From assembly GCA_963812945.1 (NCBI GenBank), contig CAWEXD010000003.1:132932-196931 (forward strand): a stretch of 64,000 nt of DNA, read 5' to 3'. Numbering within the stretch: the stretch's first letter is position 1; each line of letters begins with the position of its first letter. A program made the translations under genes and the position numbers. This stretch comes from an uncultured Candidatus Rokubacteria bacterium. Its GTDB lineage: Bacteria > Methylomirabilota > Methylomirabilia > Rokubacteriales > DASRDR01. The notes under the pieces are model-generated. The model had not been told where the DNA came from. It searched no databases and was given only the letters and a program-made list of their open reading frames with translations. Shown one piece after another: positions 63,720-64,000 of the stretch.

Positions 63720-64000
63720 CGCCACTCATGAATCCAGGGCGGCACCGAGGCTTCTCTCATATGATGCATATGCATCATGTCGGTGCGGGCATCGGTCCGA
63801 TGCGTCCATCTGTCCCGACCGTGGGGTCCGAAATAGCAGCACGGAAGGAGCTACATCGATGCGCACCCTCCTCGGCCGCCGAGATGTTCTGACGTTCGGC
63901 GCCTTCGCCACGGCCAGCAGCGTCCTCGGGCCTCGAGGCTCACCGCGCCTCGCGGACGCCAGCGAGACACCGCGGGGGCCCTCGGGCACCGAAAGCAGCC

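Overview
High-GC bacterial chromosomal window. The gene content (lpxC, LigD, a remnant of an expanded ABC substrate-binding family, IS91-like debris) is compatible with a soil diderm such as Ca. Rokubacteria/Methylomirabilota, but that is inference only. Bases 1-43.8 kb are mostly housekeeping: ligD (5' partial), a yicC-gmk-rpoZ-coaBC-udg-priA-def-fmt-rsmB-rpe run, a PyrR-attenuated pyrR-pyrB-pyrC-carA-orf-carB-pyrF-pyrE operon, a cNMP-domain/SLC13 transporter, a second ATP-dependent ligase, lpxC-DUF4390-ntrY-ntrX-ggt behind a sigma54 promoter, and prmA-rsmE-archease. From 43.8 kb to the end is an accessory, decaying region of redox/detoxification genes, gene fragments, two degenerate tRNA-Glu 3' ends and transposase debris. 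The most notable signal is two diverged DedA(VTT)-rhodanese paralogues. Both stop at an in-frame TGA inside the rhodanese active-site loop (YCS-TGA-PNEATSARVA), both continue in frame to complete the domain, and both carry a near-identical bacterial-SECIS-like hairpin 14 nt downstream. They are candidate membrane selenoproteins with a CxU motif that the ORF track truncates.
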